Part shown: piece by piece, positions 39,622-50,335 of the stretch
How positions within the stretch are numbered: position 1 is the first letter of the stretch
Layout of the letters: every line of letters begins with the position of its first letter
Source of the DNA: an uncultured delta proteobacterium
Lineage (GTDB): Bacteria; Myxococcota_A; Polyangia; Fen-1088
Direction of reading: 5' to 3'
Length of the DNA: 64,000 nt
NCBI GenBank assembly: GCA_963767925.1
Contig: CAVYGB010000002.1
Span: 2,080,001-2,144,000 of the forward strand
Notes under the pieces: model-generated
The model's input: the letters and a program-made list of their open reading frames with translations, nothing else
Told to the model about the DNA's origin: nothing
Database searches by the model: none
Position numbers and translations under genes: made by a program

Positions 39622-40476
39622 ATGGCGACGCTGGAGATCACCACCCGGATCGGCTGCAGGGTCGCCTGCTCCTTTTGCCCGCAGAGCAAGCTGAAGAGCG
39701 CCTACCCGAGGGGCCAGCCGCGGTTGATGAGCTTCGAGGTCTTTCGGTCCTGCCTCGACAAGCTGCCGGTCCCGGTGAATATCGACTTTTCCGGGATGGC
39801 CGAACCCTGGCTCAATCCCGAGTGCACCCGGATGCTGTTGCACGCACATGAGCGCGGGCATGTCATCGGCGTCTATACCACCCTCGAGGGGATGGCCGTC
39901 GAGGATGTGCGAGCGATCGAGCACGTACCTTTCCGGGCCTTCGAGGTGCACCTGCCCTCAGCGGTTGGCAGCGAGAAGATCGTGCTCGATGAAACCTACC
40001 GGGCAGTCTTCGAGGAAATCAAGAGGAGTCGCATCGCCGCGAACTACCACTTTTTCGAGAAAGAAGTCGATCCCACTCTCGGGGTACAACTCTTGAAGAA
40101 GCCGAGCCTGCGCCGAAAGCACACTCGAGCCGGAAATGTGGCCGTCATGGGCGTGCCGGCGCCCACACGCGCCCGGAACCGCGGCGTCCTCGCCTGCCGA
40201 CGAAAGCTCGACTACAACGTTCTGCTGCCGAATGGCGACGTGGTCCTGTGTTGCATGGACTACGGCCGTGAGCACGTTCTCGGCAACCTGCTTCAGTCGG
40301 AATACCGATCGCTCTTCCGCAGCGAAGCCTTCAAGCGGGTGGAGCAGGGGCTCTCTGATGAATCGCTGCAGACTCTGTGCCGTAGCTGCGAGCGACACGT
40401 CTATCAGCCATCGCCCGAGGAAGAGCTGGAGAGGGCGCTCGTTACCAATCCCAATCTCTCTTACCCGAACGCATGA
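39622..40476 (+). CDS. Radical SAM protein with SPASM/twitch domain
   Basis: CRVACSFC; C...NGDVVLCCMD...LGNL...CRSC. Confidence 0.88.
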   Translation: MATLEITTRIGCRVACSFCPQSKLKSAYPRGQPRLMSFEVFRSCLDKLPVPVNIDFSGMAEPWLNPECTRMLLHAHERGHVIGVYTTLEGMAVEDVRAIEHVPFRAFEVHLPSAVGSEKIVLDETYRAVFEEIKRSRIAANYHFFEKEVDPTLGVQLLKKPSLRRKHTRAGNVAVMGVPAPTRARNRGVLACRRKLDYNVLLPNGDVVLCCMDYGREHVLGNLLQSEYRSLFRSEAFKRVEQGLSDESLQTLCRSCERHVYQPSPEEELERALVTNPNLSYPNA

Positions 40477-40547
40477 CTGGCGTCCAAGGTAGCTTGCCCC
40501 TCGCGCTTGTCCGAAGTTCCCACGAGTGAGGGATCTCCGGTAGCCCG

Positions 40548-41309
40548 TCACGGACGTTCGCCATTCTGGAACCGGTTCCACATCTCGAGCGCGACCGTGC
40601 TCGGGTCCGGGACATCCGCAAAGCGGGCGCAGAAGCGGCCCACGTTCTCGACATCGCGTCGCAGGAACGACAGCGCGTTGCCGTTGAAGCGGGGATCGAC
40701 GGATTGGGGAAAATCTATGATCCGATAGGCGTGCCCGCTCCACAAGATGTTGTAGGGCGACAGATCGGCATGCAGGACGTCGAGCCAGAGCATGTGCTCG
40801 ATGTCCGCAAGGAGCCCCTCGAAGAGCGAAGCGGCTTGTTGCGGCGTGAGCCGCGCACTCGCGAGAGGGGCCGCGACACCGCCCTCGCCGTCGTCACACA
40901 GCTCCATCAGGATGGCGCGGTCGGCAGCATGAACGGGCTCGGGAACGTGCAGGCCCGCGGCGTGGAGACGGCACAGGACCTCCCATTCGCGCGTGGTCCA
41001 GGTCGCCTCCTGCACGCTCCGGCCGAAGCGCGAACCGTGGCGGAGCGCGCGGGCGGCGCGGGTGTTGCCGCCACCCATCCGGGAGAGGAGGTCGCCCTCC
41101 CGGTAGCAGGCGTCGTTCTTGAACGCGCGGCGTGCCCGCGGGCGGTACACCTTGAGCGCGAGCTGCTCGTGACCGCTCGCCGCGGTTCCTCGGCAGCGAT
41201 ACACGGTCGCTTCCTTCCCGCTCTTGATGGGCTCGCAGACTTCGGAGATGAGATCGAGATCCATGAAAGGGGCGATGCTGGCGTCGAGGTCGGTGTTGTC
41301 GGTGGACAT
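40548..41309 (-). CDS. RIO1-family atypical protein kinase
   Basis: IKSGKEATVY, ALKVYR, HADLSPYNIL, IIDFPQSV and RDVENV. Confidence 0.92.
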   Translation of the reverse strand: MSTDNTDLDASIAPFMDLDLISEVCEPIKSGKEATVYRCRGTAASGHEQLALKVYRPRARRAFKNDACYREGDLLSRMGGGNTRAARALRHGSRFGRSVQEATWTTREWEVLCRLHAAGLHVPEPVHAADRAILMELCDDGEGGVAAPLASARLTPQQAASLFEGLLADIEHMLWLDVLHADLSPYNILWSGHAYRIIDFPQSVDPRFNGNALSFLRRDVENVGRFCARFADVPDPSTVALEMWNRFQNGERP

Positions 41310-41988
41310 GGAGGAGCTCCGAGACGGGGGAGGGCCCGGTAAGCGGTCCGCTTGCCGAAGCCCCGCTCCCGGGAACGGTTTGTACCCATGCACGCAGCGA
41401 CGCTCGCTCGGGCCGCGGAGAGATCAACCGCGGCGCCGGCGTCGACTCGCCACGCGCTTTCAGCGCGCCTCGGTCGGCCTGGATTCAGGGACCGTCGTGG
41501 TCCCGCAGCTCAGGCGGAGAGAAGGCACACGAGAGCAAGGACAGTGGGGTGGGTCATCGCGCGCCTCCTTTCGTGATCCGGATACCCGCAATGGAGCGGA
41601 GAACCAATTGAGCTCATACAGCATGGCCCTACTCGCGGGCCGGCGCAAGCTGATTCCGTCCTCCGCCTGGAGCGGGGCGGGTCGCTAGAGCGAGATTACA
41701 AGTCGCCCGGGCGAGACGCCGCCCTATGCGGCACCAGCCCGGCGCCTCGTAGGTGTAGCGTCGGCGCGTGCCAATCAACATGGAGAGCGACTGGCGGGAA
41801 GCGATCGCGCCCGAAGGAGGGTCGGTCCTGCGGTAACCGGCGCCTCGGGTCGCGAATGAGCCCCGGTCCTTCGAGGAGCGCGCGCGTCCTCGAGCATCTG
41901 CGAAGGCCGTGTTCCGCCGACGCACCGGTCGGCCAGGACGATAGACGTCCTTGAGAGTGAAGTCGCCGCCAAGGGAGGTTCCAGGTCC

Positions 41989-42864
41989 ATGAAAGTTGCG
42001 TTCGTACTCGTCGCGGACGAAGCGTATTTCATCGGCGTAGCCGCACTCCTGTCTAGCTTGGCCTCCCACCATGGCAGAAGCACGTCCGTGATCCTGCTGA
42101 GGCCGGGGACCCAGGAACTGACGCCTTCAGATCTCGTACTCAAGGGCATAGCCCAGCGACTGCAGCTCGACTTCGAGCTCCGCCCCATTGGGGTGTCGAG
42201 GCACCAACTCGATTCACGCTTTTCCAGCTGCACTCACTTCCGATTGTTCGACGTTCCCGATCATTGCGGCGATCTCGAGCGTGTCGTCTATCTCGATTCA
42301 GACGTCGTGCTCATGTCGCCGGCTGACGAACTGCTCTATATGGATCTGAGGGGCAAGACGGCTGCGGCGGCCGTCGATCTCCCTGCGCATGCGACGCTCG
42401 ACGCGCCCGGCGTACTGCCCGGGTGGCCGGGCCGGGAGCGTTACAAGGGGCGGCCATATTTCAATTCAGGGGTTCTCGTCATCGATCTGGAGAAGTGGCG
42501 TCGCACACGGGTCAGCGAACGCGCCGTAGAGTTTCTTGAGCAATACCCCGATTCCACACGCTTCTACGACCAAGATCCGTTGAACGTAGCCTTGATCGAT
42601 GATTGGCTGATACTCGATCCACGCTGGAACCTCGAACCGGGCTTCGTCGGGACGCCAAGCTTCGAACGGAGCGTGCCGCCGGAGCTCTGGCCACAATATG
42701 CAAAGTGGGAAGACGAGGCGCGCATATGGCACTTCATGGGATCGCGCCGCAAGCCGTGGAAAGCGACCTATCCCCCTGGTAAAGTGCTCGACCGCTTTCT
42801 GAGGTTCGTTCCCCGCGAGGCGGCACACTGGCTTGAGTTCTCCACGTCCGGGATCTCGGCATGA
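41989..42864 (+). CDS. Glycosyltransferase family 8
   Basis: VVYLDSD, YFNSGVLVIDL, DQDPLN and HFMGSRRKPW. Confidence 0.92.
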   Translation: MKVAFVLVADEAYFIGVAALLSSLASHHGRSTSVILLRPGTQELTPSDLVLKGIAQRLQLDFELRPIGVSRHQLDSRFSSCTHFRLFDVPDHCGDLERVVYLDSDVVLMSPADELLYMDLRGKTAAAAVDLPAHATLDAPGVLPGWPGRERYKGRPYFNSGVLVIDLEKWRRTRVSERAVEFLEQYPDSTRFYDQDPLNVALIDDWLILDPRWNLEPGFVGTPSFERSVPPELWPQYAKWEDEARIWHFMGSRRKPWKATYPPGKVLDRFLRFVPREAAHWLEFSTSGISA

Positions 42865-42912
42865 AGACACTCTCGCGCCGCCGCTCCCATCACACACGGA
42901 CAGGTGAACATC

Positions 42913-43470
42913 ATGGCCCAGCACATCGAGCTTCGTACCGACCGCTTGCTGCTCCGTCGTTTCCAGCCCAAAGACGTGGAAGATGCGCTGGCGTATCGCG
43001 ATGACCCGGAGTTCGGCCGGTATCTGCCCCACATCCCCCAGCCCTACACACGGAAACATGCCGAAGCTTTCGTGGAGGGGAACATCCGCGAGTCCTGGGA
43101 CGATTCCCCCACGTTTGCTGTCGTCCTGGATGATCACGTGATTGGCACCGTGAACTTCGACGTCGACCGAAAGCAGCAACTCGCCATGGTGGGCTTCGCC
43201 ATCAGCCGGCAGCACTGGGGAAAAGGCCTGGCCTCGGAGGCCGTTCGGGCAGCGCTCGACTGGGCCTTCGCGAGCCACGACGTGGCCAAGATCTGGGCCT
43301 GCACCGATGCTCGGAACCTGCGCTCACAACGGCTCATGGAGAAGCTGGGTATGCAGCGCGAGGGCCTCTTGCGAAGCCACGAGCTCTCTCGCGACGGCCG
43401 CACCGACAAGGTCTATTACGGTCTGTTGCGGGGGGAGTGGACGGACCTGGGGGCCGGGATCGCGAAATGA
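42913..43470 (+). CDS. GNAT acetyltransferase (RimJ/RimL family)
   Basis: LRTDRLLLR, HWGKGLASEA, and NLRSQRLMEKLGM. Confidence 0.9.
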   Translation: MAQHIELRTDRLLLRRFQPKDVEDALAYRDDPEFGRYLPHIPQPYTRKHAEAFVEGNIRESWDDSPTFAVVLDDHVIGTVNFDVDRKQQLAMVGFAISRQHWGKGLASEAVRAALDWAFASHDVAKIWACTDARNLRSQRLMEKLGMQREGLLRSHELSRDGRTDKVYYGLLRGEWTDLGAGIAK

Positions 43471-43535
43471 ATCCTGACGCTCCTGATCCGGTCAGGACTC
43501 CGTCGAAGCGACAGGCAGGGCTTCGGTGATCGGTC

Positions 43536-44612
43536 GTGGGAACGCTGCTGATCGTCGACAACGCCTGCCCGAGACCCTACTGCCCCGAGGTTCTGAGAAC
43601 CGAGGGAATGGGCGGAACAGAAGCCACCGTGGTTCGCGTCGCGGAGGGGTTGGGCTCGACGCATCGGGTGCTGATCGCCCAACACAATCGCCCCAAGGAG
43701 GACTCCGTCCGCTTCAACGCCGTGTACGCGGGTATGCAGGTCCTCGACGAGGTGAAGGCTCCCGATGCGGTCGTGGTCATGCGGAGCTTCGAGTGGCTCG
43801 TCGAGGCACGAAGGCGGTTTCCCGAATCGCGACTCTTCCTGTGGGTGACGGACTGGAAGGAGAGGGAGCCCGGAATCAACCAGCCGCTGATGATGTCCCG
43901 TCGCACCCACTTTCGATGGGCTCTGACTGGGACGAAGACCACCCTCGTTGCCGTTTCCTCGGCCCATCTCGAGGTGTTGCGAAGCTGGGCCCGACCCAAC
44001 CGGCTCGAGAGGCTCCACCGCGCCATGCCGGATTCCACGTTCGTGTACAATCCAGTGGACGATGCGTTGACCAGTGAGTCGCGTGAATGGGACCGCAACA
44101 AGCTCATCTACTTTAGCCGCCCCGACCAACGTCTGGACCAGGTCCTTCGCGCATTCGTTTATGTCCGGGAACAGATCAAGGACCTGCGACTCCTCATTGG
44201 CAATCCTGGATATTTGAGGCGAAAGCTTCCAGAGCTGCCCGGGGTGGAGCCCCTCGGCGTGCTACCTCATGCCGTGGTCTTGACTCATGTCCAGACTTCG
44301 CTTTGTGCGTTCTACCCCAACACCCGGGTGCCAGAGGCCTTCGGGCTGGTCTTCGCAGAGAGCAACGCCGTGGGTACCCCTGTCCTTACGCACCGAATGG
44401 GAGCCGCGCCCGAGATTCTCTCGGAAGAACAGTTGGTCGATTCAGCCAACCTCGAGCAGGTAGCCCAGAGAATCAGGACGTGGTGGGACGGCCGTCGGCC
44501 GGTCGTCAAGCTGAACCCCAGGTTCAGGCTCTCATCAGTATTGGCGGACTGGAACCGGCTCTTGGGTTGGTCTAGCGGACCTGACTCGCCAACGATAGCG
44601 AACAAGGCTTGA
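43536..44612 (+). CDS. Glycosyltransferase (GT-B)
   Basis: GMGGTEATV, YFSRPD, and EAFGLVFAESNAVGTPV. Confidence 0.85.
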   Translation: MGTLLIVDNACPRPYCPEVLRTEGMGGTEATVVRVAEGLGSTHRVLIAQHNRPKEDSVRFNAVYAGMQVLDEVKAPDAVVVMRSFEWLVEARRRFPESRLFLWVTDWKEREPGINQPLMMSRRTHFRWALTGTKTTLVAVSSAHLEVLRSWARPNRLERLHRAMPDSTFVYNPVDDALTSESREWDRNKLIYFSRPDQRLDQVLRAFVYVREQIKDLRLLIGNPGYLRRKLPELPGVEPLGVLPHAVVLTHVQTSLCAFYPNTRVPEAFGLVFAESNAVGTPVLTHRMGAAPEILSEEQLVDSANLEQVAQRIRTWWDGRRPVVKLNPRFRLSSVLADWNRLLGWSSGPDSPTIANKA

Positions 44613-44765
44613 AATCGTTTACGCAGTCCGAGGCTCAGGCGAAGGAGGGCGCACACGATCATCCAGGTCCCTCAAACGGGATGAGACGGGCAGCGGAGCT
44701 TCGGCCCTCTGCATCTTACGGATGGCGCAGCCATCTACTTCTTCTCGGACGGTTGGCGTCCATGG

Positions 44766-45821
44766 GTGCAAATTGCTCCAGGCGGCCAGCAGGTTGAAGC
44801 GTACTGTAAGGCGGTGCAGAAGCGAATACTCGTAACGGGAGGAGCGGGCTTCGTTGGTTCGCACCTCTGCGAACGCCTTCTGACAGAGGGGCATCACGTC
44901 GTCTGCCTGGATAACTTCTTCACGGGCCGATGGTCGAACGTCGCGCAGCTTCTCGACAAGCCGGACTTCGAGCTCATCAGGTTCGACGTTCAACAGTCGT
45001 TTACCATGGAAGTAGACGAGGTCTATCACCTCGCCTGTCCTGCTTCGCCCACTCACTACCAAAAGAACCCCGTCCGCACCATTCGCACGGCCGTTGAAGG
45101 GACCCTCAATGCTCTGGAGGTGGCCCGAGAGGCGCGGGCTCGGATACTTATCGCCTCGACATCGGAGGTCTATGGCGACCCTCAGGAGCATCCACAGCGC
45201 GAGGACTACTGGGGCCACGTCAATCCGGTCGGTCCTCGTTCCTGCTACGACGAGGGCAAACGCTGCGCCGAATCGCTGGCCGTCGCCTACGCCCAGCAGT
45301 TCGGACTCGAGGTCCGCATCGCGCGGATCTTCAACACTTTTGGCCCGCGCATGCAAGAAGGAGATGGCCGCGTAGTCTCCAACTTCGTGGTGCAGGCTCT
45401 CAAGGGCTTGCCACTGACACTATTCGGCGACGGGCGACAGACGAGATCGTTCTGCTTTGTGACGGATCTGGTGGAGGGACTGGTCCGGCTGATGGCCAGC
45501 CAGCACGGATCGAGTCCGGTCAACCTCGGGAATCCAGTGGAAACCAGCATCCGTGACATCGCCGAGCTCTGCAGGCGCTTGACCGCTTCCCGGTCCGTCA
45601 TCGTCCCCGGGCCGCTACCCGAGGACGACCCTGTGAGACGCCGCCCCGATGTCTCCCGTGCCCGGAAGTTGCTGAGCGGGTGGAGCCCGAAGGTCTCGCT
45701 GGAAGACGGTCTTCTTGTCACGATCCAGGACTTTCGGCAGCGGCTGGGCATTACTCGAGACGTCACTCGAAACGACGCCGCGGTCGCTTCTGCTCTGAAA
45801 GTCCTGGCCAAGGGACGATAG
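44766..45821 (+). CDS. uxs: UDP-glucuronate decarboxylase (UDP-xylose synthase); start may be ~44814
   Basis: TGGAGFVGSH, HLACPASP, STSEVYGDP, SCYDEGKR, RIFNTFGPRM and DGRVVSNF. Confidence 0.9.
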   Translation: MQIAPGGQQVEAYCKAVQKRILVTGGAGFVGSHLCERLLTEGHHVVCLDNFFTGRWSNVAQLLDKPDFELIRFDVQQSFTMEVDEVYHLACPASPTHYQKNPVRTIRTAVEGTLNALEVAREARARILIASTSEVYGDPQEHPQREDYWGHVNPVGPRSCYDEGKRCAESLAVAYAQQFGLEVRIARIFNTFGPRMQEGDGRVVSNFVVQALKGLPLTLFGDGRQTRSFCFVTDLVEGLVRLMASQHGSSPVNLGNPVETSIRDIAELCRRLTASRSVIVPGPLPEDDPVRRRPDVSRARKLLSGWSPKVSLEDGLLVTIQDFRQRLGITRDVTRNDAAVASALKVLAKGR

Positions 45822-45920
45822 CTCCGGCACTCCCTCGTCCGAGGGCGTTGGAAGACCGAGGCGTCGTCATGATTGTTGTCGTCGCGAGCGGGCGCAGCCG
45901 TCAGCGTCGGTGAACGCTGC

Positions 45921-46652
45921 TCAGCCGTGCACGGAGCCGTTGCCGCTGACCGGGGACGGAGCGAGCCGCCAGGTCCATCCCAGCGGGCGCAGCCCCAACC
46001 GCTCCGCCAGTCGCTGCGACGATCGGTTGTCCAGCTCGGTGCTGTAGAACAAGTGTCGGCCAGGCCGCCGCATCAGCGCAGCCCACTCGGCGGTCACCGC
46101 GGCCCCGAAGCCCCGGCCCCGAACGGCGGGATCGGTCCAGACGCCGCACTCCGCGGAGCGCGCGGTGACGGAGACCGGCGTGTGGCAGATGGACAACACC
46201 CCCTTGCCGTCGAAGGCCATCGTCCAGGGGCCATGGCGTCCTTCGAGCAATTCCTGCCACTCCGCCGTGTGCCAGTTCCCCGGGTTGGCATCGCGCAAGC
46301 CCGACGGAAGCGGGACGTCCGATCGAACGATGGGAAGCTGCGAGGGGAACCGCACGTCGTGGGGGATCAGAAAGCTCGGTCCAACCCTCACTGAGAGAGG
46401 ACGGCCGCCCGCCTCGAGAAGCTTGCGGCAAGGCTCGAGCGCCGGAGGCGGCTGCGCCGGATCTCCTGTCGGAGCCGCGGCCTCGAAAGCCGCCCTGAGC
46501 TCCGCGGCGAGGGCCTCGGGCACCTCCGCTCCGATCCAGAGGGCCTGGCGGTCGCGCGTCCAGACGATGGTGACGCCGTGAAACCCCGCGGTCCGACCAG
46601 CGGCATCGACGGACCCCCCCTGGATTTCGAGCAGCTCGAGGTCGGTAGGCAT
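45921..46652 (-). CDS. GNAT family acetyltransferase
   Basis: ECGVWTDPAVRGRGFG and NRSSQRLAERLG. Confidence 0.82.
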   Translation of the reverse strand: MPTDLELLEIQGGSVDAAGRTAGFHGVTIVWTRDRQALWIGAEVPEALAAELRAAFEAAAPTGDPAQPPPALEPCRKLLEAGGRPLSVRVGPSFLIPHDVRFPSQLPIVRSDVPLPSGLRDANPGNWHTAEWQELLEGRHGPWTMAFDGKGVLSICHTPVSVTARSAECGVWTDPAVRGRGFGAAVTAEWAALMRRPGRHLFYSTELDNRSSQRLAERLGLRPLGWTWRLAPSPVSGNGSVHG

Positions 46653-46799
46653 CGGTAGACTCTACACTTTCGTTCAGGGAGTTGTTGCCGGGGGCCGCCG
46701 CCGCCGCTGGCATTGGCTGCACCAGAATGCGCCAGGTGGGACCGCATCGTTCCCGGTATGGTTCCTCACGCTGCCCCAGGTTCGCAACAGGAGGATCCC

Positions 46800-48215
46800 A
46801 TGGCCCGGCCCCACAACAGCGGGACATCGCACCCCGCTCGGCGGCGCCCTCTCAACGTCGTCTTCATCCTGGCAGATGACCTTGGCATCAATGATCTCGG
46901 GGTCTACGGACGTCAGGACCACCAGACTCCCCACCTCGATCGATTCGCGGCGGGCGGGCTGCGGCTGACCAACGCCTACGTGGCATCGCCGATCTGCTCG
47001 GCATCGCGCGCGGCGCTCCTGACCGGTCGTTGCCCGGCCCGCCTGCACCTGACCACTTTTCTGCCGGGTCGTGACGACACGGCCGCCCAAAGCCTCCTGC
47101 AGCCCAAGAGTCAACCAGGTCTGCCGGTGGCAGAGAAGACCCTGGCCGAGCGGCTACGGGGAAGCGGGTACGTCACCGCGTTCCTCGGGAAGTGGCATCT
47201 GGGCGGTGAGCGCCCGGGCCATCGCGAGCGCGGGTTCGACCTCTTCTACAGTGGGCAAGCGACCACCAGGCGCGGCGCCTTCGAGGGGGGAAAGGGGGAG
47301 TGCGACCTGACCCGCGCCGCCCAGAGCTTCATCGAAGCGGTCGCGGAATTGCCGTTCTTCCTCTATCTCTCTCACTATAATCCGCACGTTCCTTTCAATG
47401 CCCATCCGGATGCGGTCGCCGCCAATGCCGGCGCCTTCGCCCCGGTTTACGCAGCCATGATCCAGACGCTCGACAATTCGGTGGGGCGTTTGCTGTCATT
47501 CCTGGACGCTTCCGGACTGCGCGAGCGGACCCTCGTGGTCTTTACCAGCGACAACGGAGGGCTCCACGTGCCCGAAGGAATCCGCCCCCGGCAGGTCACA
47601 CACAACACGCCGTTCCGGGCGGGCAAGGGGTTTCTCTACGAAGGCGGACTGCGCGTTCCGCTGCTGGTGCAAGGCCCCGACATCCCCCGGGGCTGCGTCA
47701 CGGATGCGCAGTTCGTCAACACCGACTGGACCCCGACGTTGCTCGCGCTGACCGACCAACCCCCGGCCGACGATCTCGATGGCATCGACCAGACTGCCCT
47801 GCTGCGGACAGCGAGATCGCCTTGTCCGGATCGCCAGCTGTTCTGGCACATGCCCCATTACACCAACCAGGGGAGTCGACCGTCGGGCGCCGTGCGAGAC
47901 GGCCGCTGGAAGCTGGTCGAACATTACGACGACGATCGGGCGGAGCTGTTCGACCTCGACGAAGATCCGGGGGAGACCGCGGACGTTTCGCCGGCTCACC
48001 CCGAACGGGTAGCCTCCTTGCGAACCAGTCTCCTGAATTGGCGGCGATGCATGGGCGCGCAGGAGAATCGGCCCAACCCGGCTCATCATCCCAGGTTGCA
48101 CCGGAAGCTCTACCTCGACTTCGACGCCAGCCGCTTCGATCCGCTGCGAGCGGACGACCAGGCCTGGAAGGCGGCTGCGGCCTGGCGCGAGCAGATGAAC
48201 GCAGTCCTCCGTTGA
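46800..48215 (+). CDS. Sulfatase (formylglycine-dependent type)
   Basis: NVVFILADDLG, CSASRAALLTGR, GKWHLG, FTSDNGG and GKGFLYEGGLRVP. Confidence 0.92.
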   Translation: MARPHNSGTSHPARRRPLNVVFILADDLGINDLGVYGRQDHQTPHLDRFAAGGLRLTNAYVASPICSASRAALLTGRCPARLHLTTFLPGRDDTAAQSLLQPKSQPGLPVAEKTLAERLRGSGYVTAFLGKWHLGGERPGHRERGFDLFYSGQATTRRGAFEGGKGECDLTRAAQSFIEAVAELPFFLYLSHYNPHVPFNAHPDAVAANAGAFAPVYAAMIQTLDNSVGRLLSFLDASGLRERTLVVFTSDNGGLHVPEGIRPRQVTHNTPFRAGKGFLYEGGLRVPLLVQGPDIPRGCVTDAQFVNTDWTPTLLALTDQPPADDLDGIDQTALLRTARSPCPDRQLFWHMPHYTNQGSRPSGAVRDGRWKLVEHYDDDRAELFDLDEDPGETADVSPAHPERVASLRTSLLNWRRCMGAQENRPNPAHHPRLHRKLYLDFDASRFDPLRADDQAWKAAAAWREQMNAVLR

Positions 48216-48307
48216 CGGAAATGGCGGCTCCGGTCCCTGCTGCTGGTCACCGTCGCACCGGCCCTGCTTCTCGCGCCACCCTCTCGGCGGACCAACCCAC
48301 AAGAGAT

Positions 48308-49255
48308 TCAGACTCTCGTCGGTGCTGAAGGACTGGAGTGGGCAGTTGAGCTCGGAGCGGTCTGTTCGCTCCCGGTCTGCGTGAAATTGCGACGGAGAAG
48401 CTGCTCGCATTCGGGCGGTACGACCCAGCTCGTGAGGACCGCCGCTACCTGGGCTGAGGAAATTGCCTCTTCCGGGCCGATGTCCGGCTTCTCCGAAAGG
48501 CCGGTAACGCCGAGCACGGCCGTCCCTCCCTGGGGAAAAGCGCGCACGTCGATCCGCGGCTGGCCGGTCTCCCCGATGCCCGCCCCGAGCCCCCTGAGCG
48601 CCACTTCGTAGTCCCGGTCCTGGGCAGCCATCCTGCGCCAGAACCGGGCGAGCCTGTGCATGATCCAGTCGTGCTTGTGGGCCTGCACGAAGCAGGTGCG
48701 AAAGACGTCTCGGTAGTACTGCTCGAACCCGTGGAGGCCCACCGGTTGCGCCGTCTGGATCCAGGGATAACCGCGCTCCTTCATCGCGTTGAGGGTGGAC
48801 AGCTCCGGGCGTAGGGGTCTGAAACTTGCCGGTGCTGCCGGTGACGCCAGTCCTTCCGCAGGGATGAGGTCCAGTGCGGTTCGCAAGGCGGCGGTCCGGT
48901 ACAAATGATTGCCGGCCGGCCGGAAATTGCCAAAGAACTTGTCGAGGACCAGTCCCTGCACCTCGCAAACATTGTCGCCAGCTGCGCGAGCGGTGTCACG
49001 CAGGTCGCGGACCGCATCCGGAAGGGGCAACACGTCCGCGTCCACGCAGAAGGTCCAGGTCAGCCCTCGTTCCAGACCGACTCGAAAGGACCGGGCCAAA
49101 GTGGCCGAAAATGGAGCATCGCGGACGACAACGATGTTGTCCGGGGGAATCTGTTCGGCAAGGAGCCGGCGGCAACTTTCCTCGGTCCGTTCGCCCACCG
49201 ATCGTACGATCGCCGTGACGTCGCGTATTTCCTCCATGAGGGTCAGTTGAACCAC
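48308..49255 (-). CDS. Glycosyltransferase-like (GT-A) hypothetical protein
   Basis: RSVGERT N-terminus and WTFCVDAD (DxD); overlaps the upstream GT. Confidence 0.7.
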   Translation of the reverse strand: MVQLTLMEEIRDVTAIVRSVGERTEESCRRLLAEQIPPDNIVVVRDAPFSATLARSFRVGLERGLTWTFCVDADVLPLPDAVRDLRDTARAAGDNVCEVQGLVLDKFFGNFRPAGNHLYRTAALRTALDLIPAEGLASPAAPASFRPLRPELSTLNAMKERGYPWIQTAQPVGLHGFEQYYRDVFRTCFVQAHKHDWIMHRLARFWRRMAAQDRDYEVALRGLGAGIGETGQPRIDVRAFPQGGTAVLGVTGLSEKPDIGPEEAISSAQVAAVLTSWVVPPECEQLLRRNFTQTGSEQTAPSSTAHSSPSAPTRV

Positions 49256-50094
49256 CTTTCAGCGAGGGAGATCCAATCGAGGGTCTCGTCGTTCTTGTCT
49301 CGGACCACGCTTCGCTCCTCCCGGGTGGGCACCGGCATCTTCAGGCCCTCTCCGGCGGCTTCGATCACCTCGTCGACCGTGGAGCACCGCACCCCGAAGT
49401 TGGTGAAGTAGTCATCACAGAGATCGGTCTTCAGGCCCACCACCACACACCCGGCGACGAGCGCTTCCTTGGGCGGACGTGGCGATCCTTCCTTGAGACC
49501 GCTCCGCCAGACAAAGACCTTCGCCTCCTTCAGAACCTGGGCAACCTCCGCCTCGGGGATGCCGACGATGTCCACCACCTTGTCTCCGTAGCGCTGTCGC
49601 AGCGCCTGGGCGGTCTCCGGATGCTTGTTGGGGCGGCGCATGTAACAGATGATGTTGCGCTTGGGGCGGCCGTCGTACTCGAAGAGCGCGCGATCAATGC
49701 TCGGCTGCACGATCACCGTGGGCGTCGAACGGTTTGTAGCCCTCACCCAGGAGACGATTGCCGGCGACTTGCATACGGCCAGCGTGGCGTGTGGTTGCAC
49801 CTGTCCGTCCTTGCCGCACTTGCCCAGTGCCAGACAAATGTGATGCTCGACGTGCGGCAAGTGAGGCTGGTAAACCTCAGGATATAGCACCACGCGCGGC
49901 GTGTAGGAGAAGTCGTATGGCTTGCATCGGTGATTGAACCATCCGGCCATCTGTTGGGACGGGGACTTGTAGTTCATGATCGTACAACGGCCGATGCGGG
50001 CAAGCGCCTCGCAAGCGTGGTACAGCGACTTGATGCCGCCAGCCTGGTGATGGCGCGCAAAGACCAGGGCATCCAAATCTCTCGACTCACGCAT
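49243..50094 (-). CDS. Glycosyltransferase-like (GT-B) protein
   Basis: AGGIKSLY, VLYPE, ICYMRR, and EGSPRPPKEALVAGCVVVG. Confidence 0.75.
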   Translation of the reverse strand: MRESRDLDALVFARHHQAGGIKSLYHACEALARIGRCTIMNYKSPSQQMAGWFNHRCKPYDFSYTPRVVLYPEVYQPHLPHVEHHICLALGKCGKDGQVQPHATLAVCKSPAIVSWVRATNRSTPTVIVQPSIDRALFEYDGRPKRNIICYMRRPNKHPETAQALRQRYGDKVVDIVGIPEAEVAQVLKEAKVFVWRSGLKEGSPRPPKEALVAGCVVVGLKTDLCDDYFTNFGVRCSTVDEVIEAAGEGLKMPVPTREERSVVRDKNDETLDWISLAERWFN

Positions 50095-50335
50095 CAGGGG
50101 CCCTCGTGGAGATGGTTGCGTCGACCTCCCAACCGGAACGAACGATACGCTGGAGGCGGCGCCGTCTCTGGCAACTCTAGGCCGAGACGGCGCCCGCGCG
50201 CCTGGCGCAAGGTGCGGCATCTTCTTTGAGTCCCGCGCTCGCTCCGCCCTGGCGGGTCGGGTCGTGGACCGTTCGCCTGCCTCCATTTGGGGCAGAGGGC
50301 CCGGCCGCTGGACCTGACATTCTTGCTCTCTCCCC

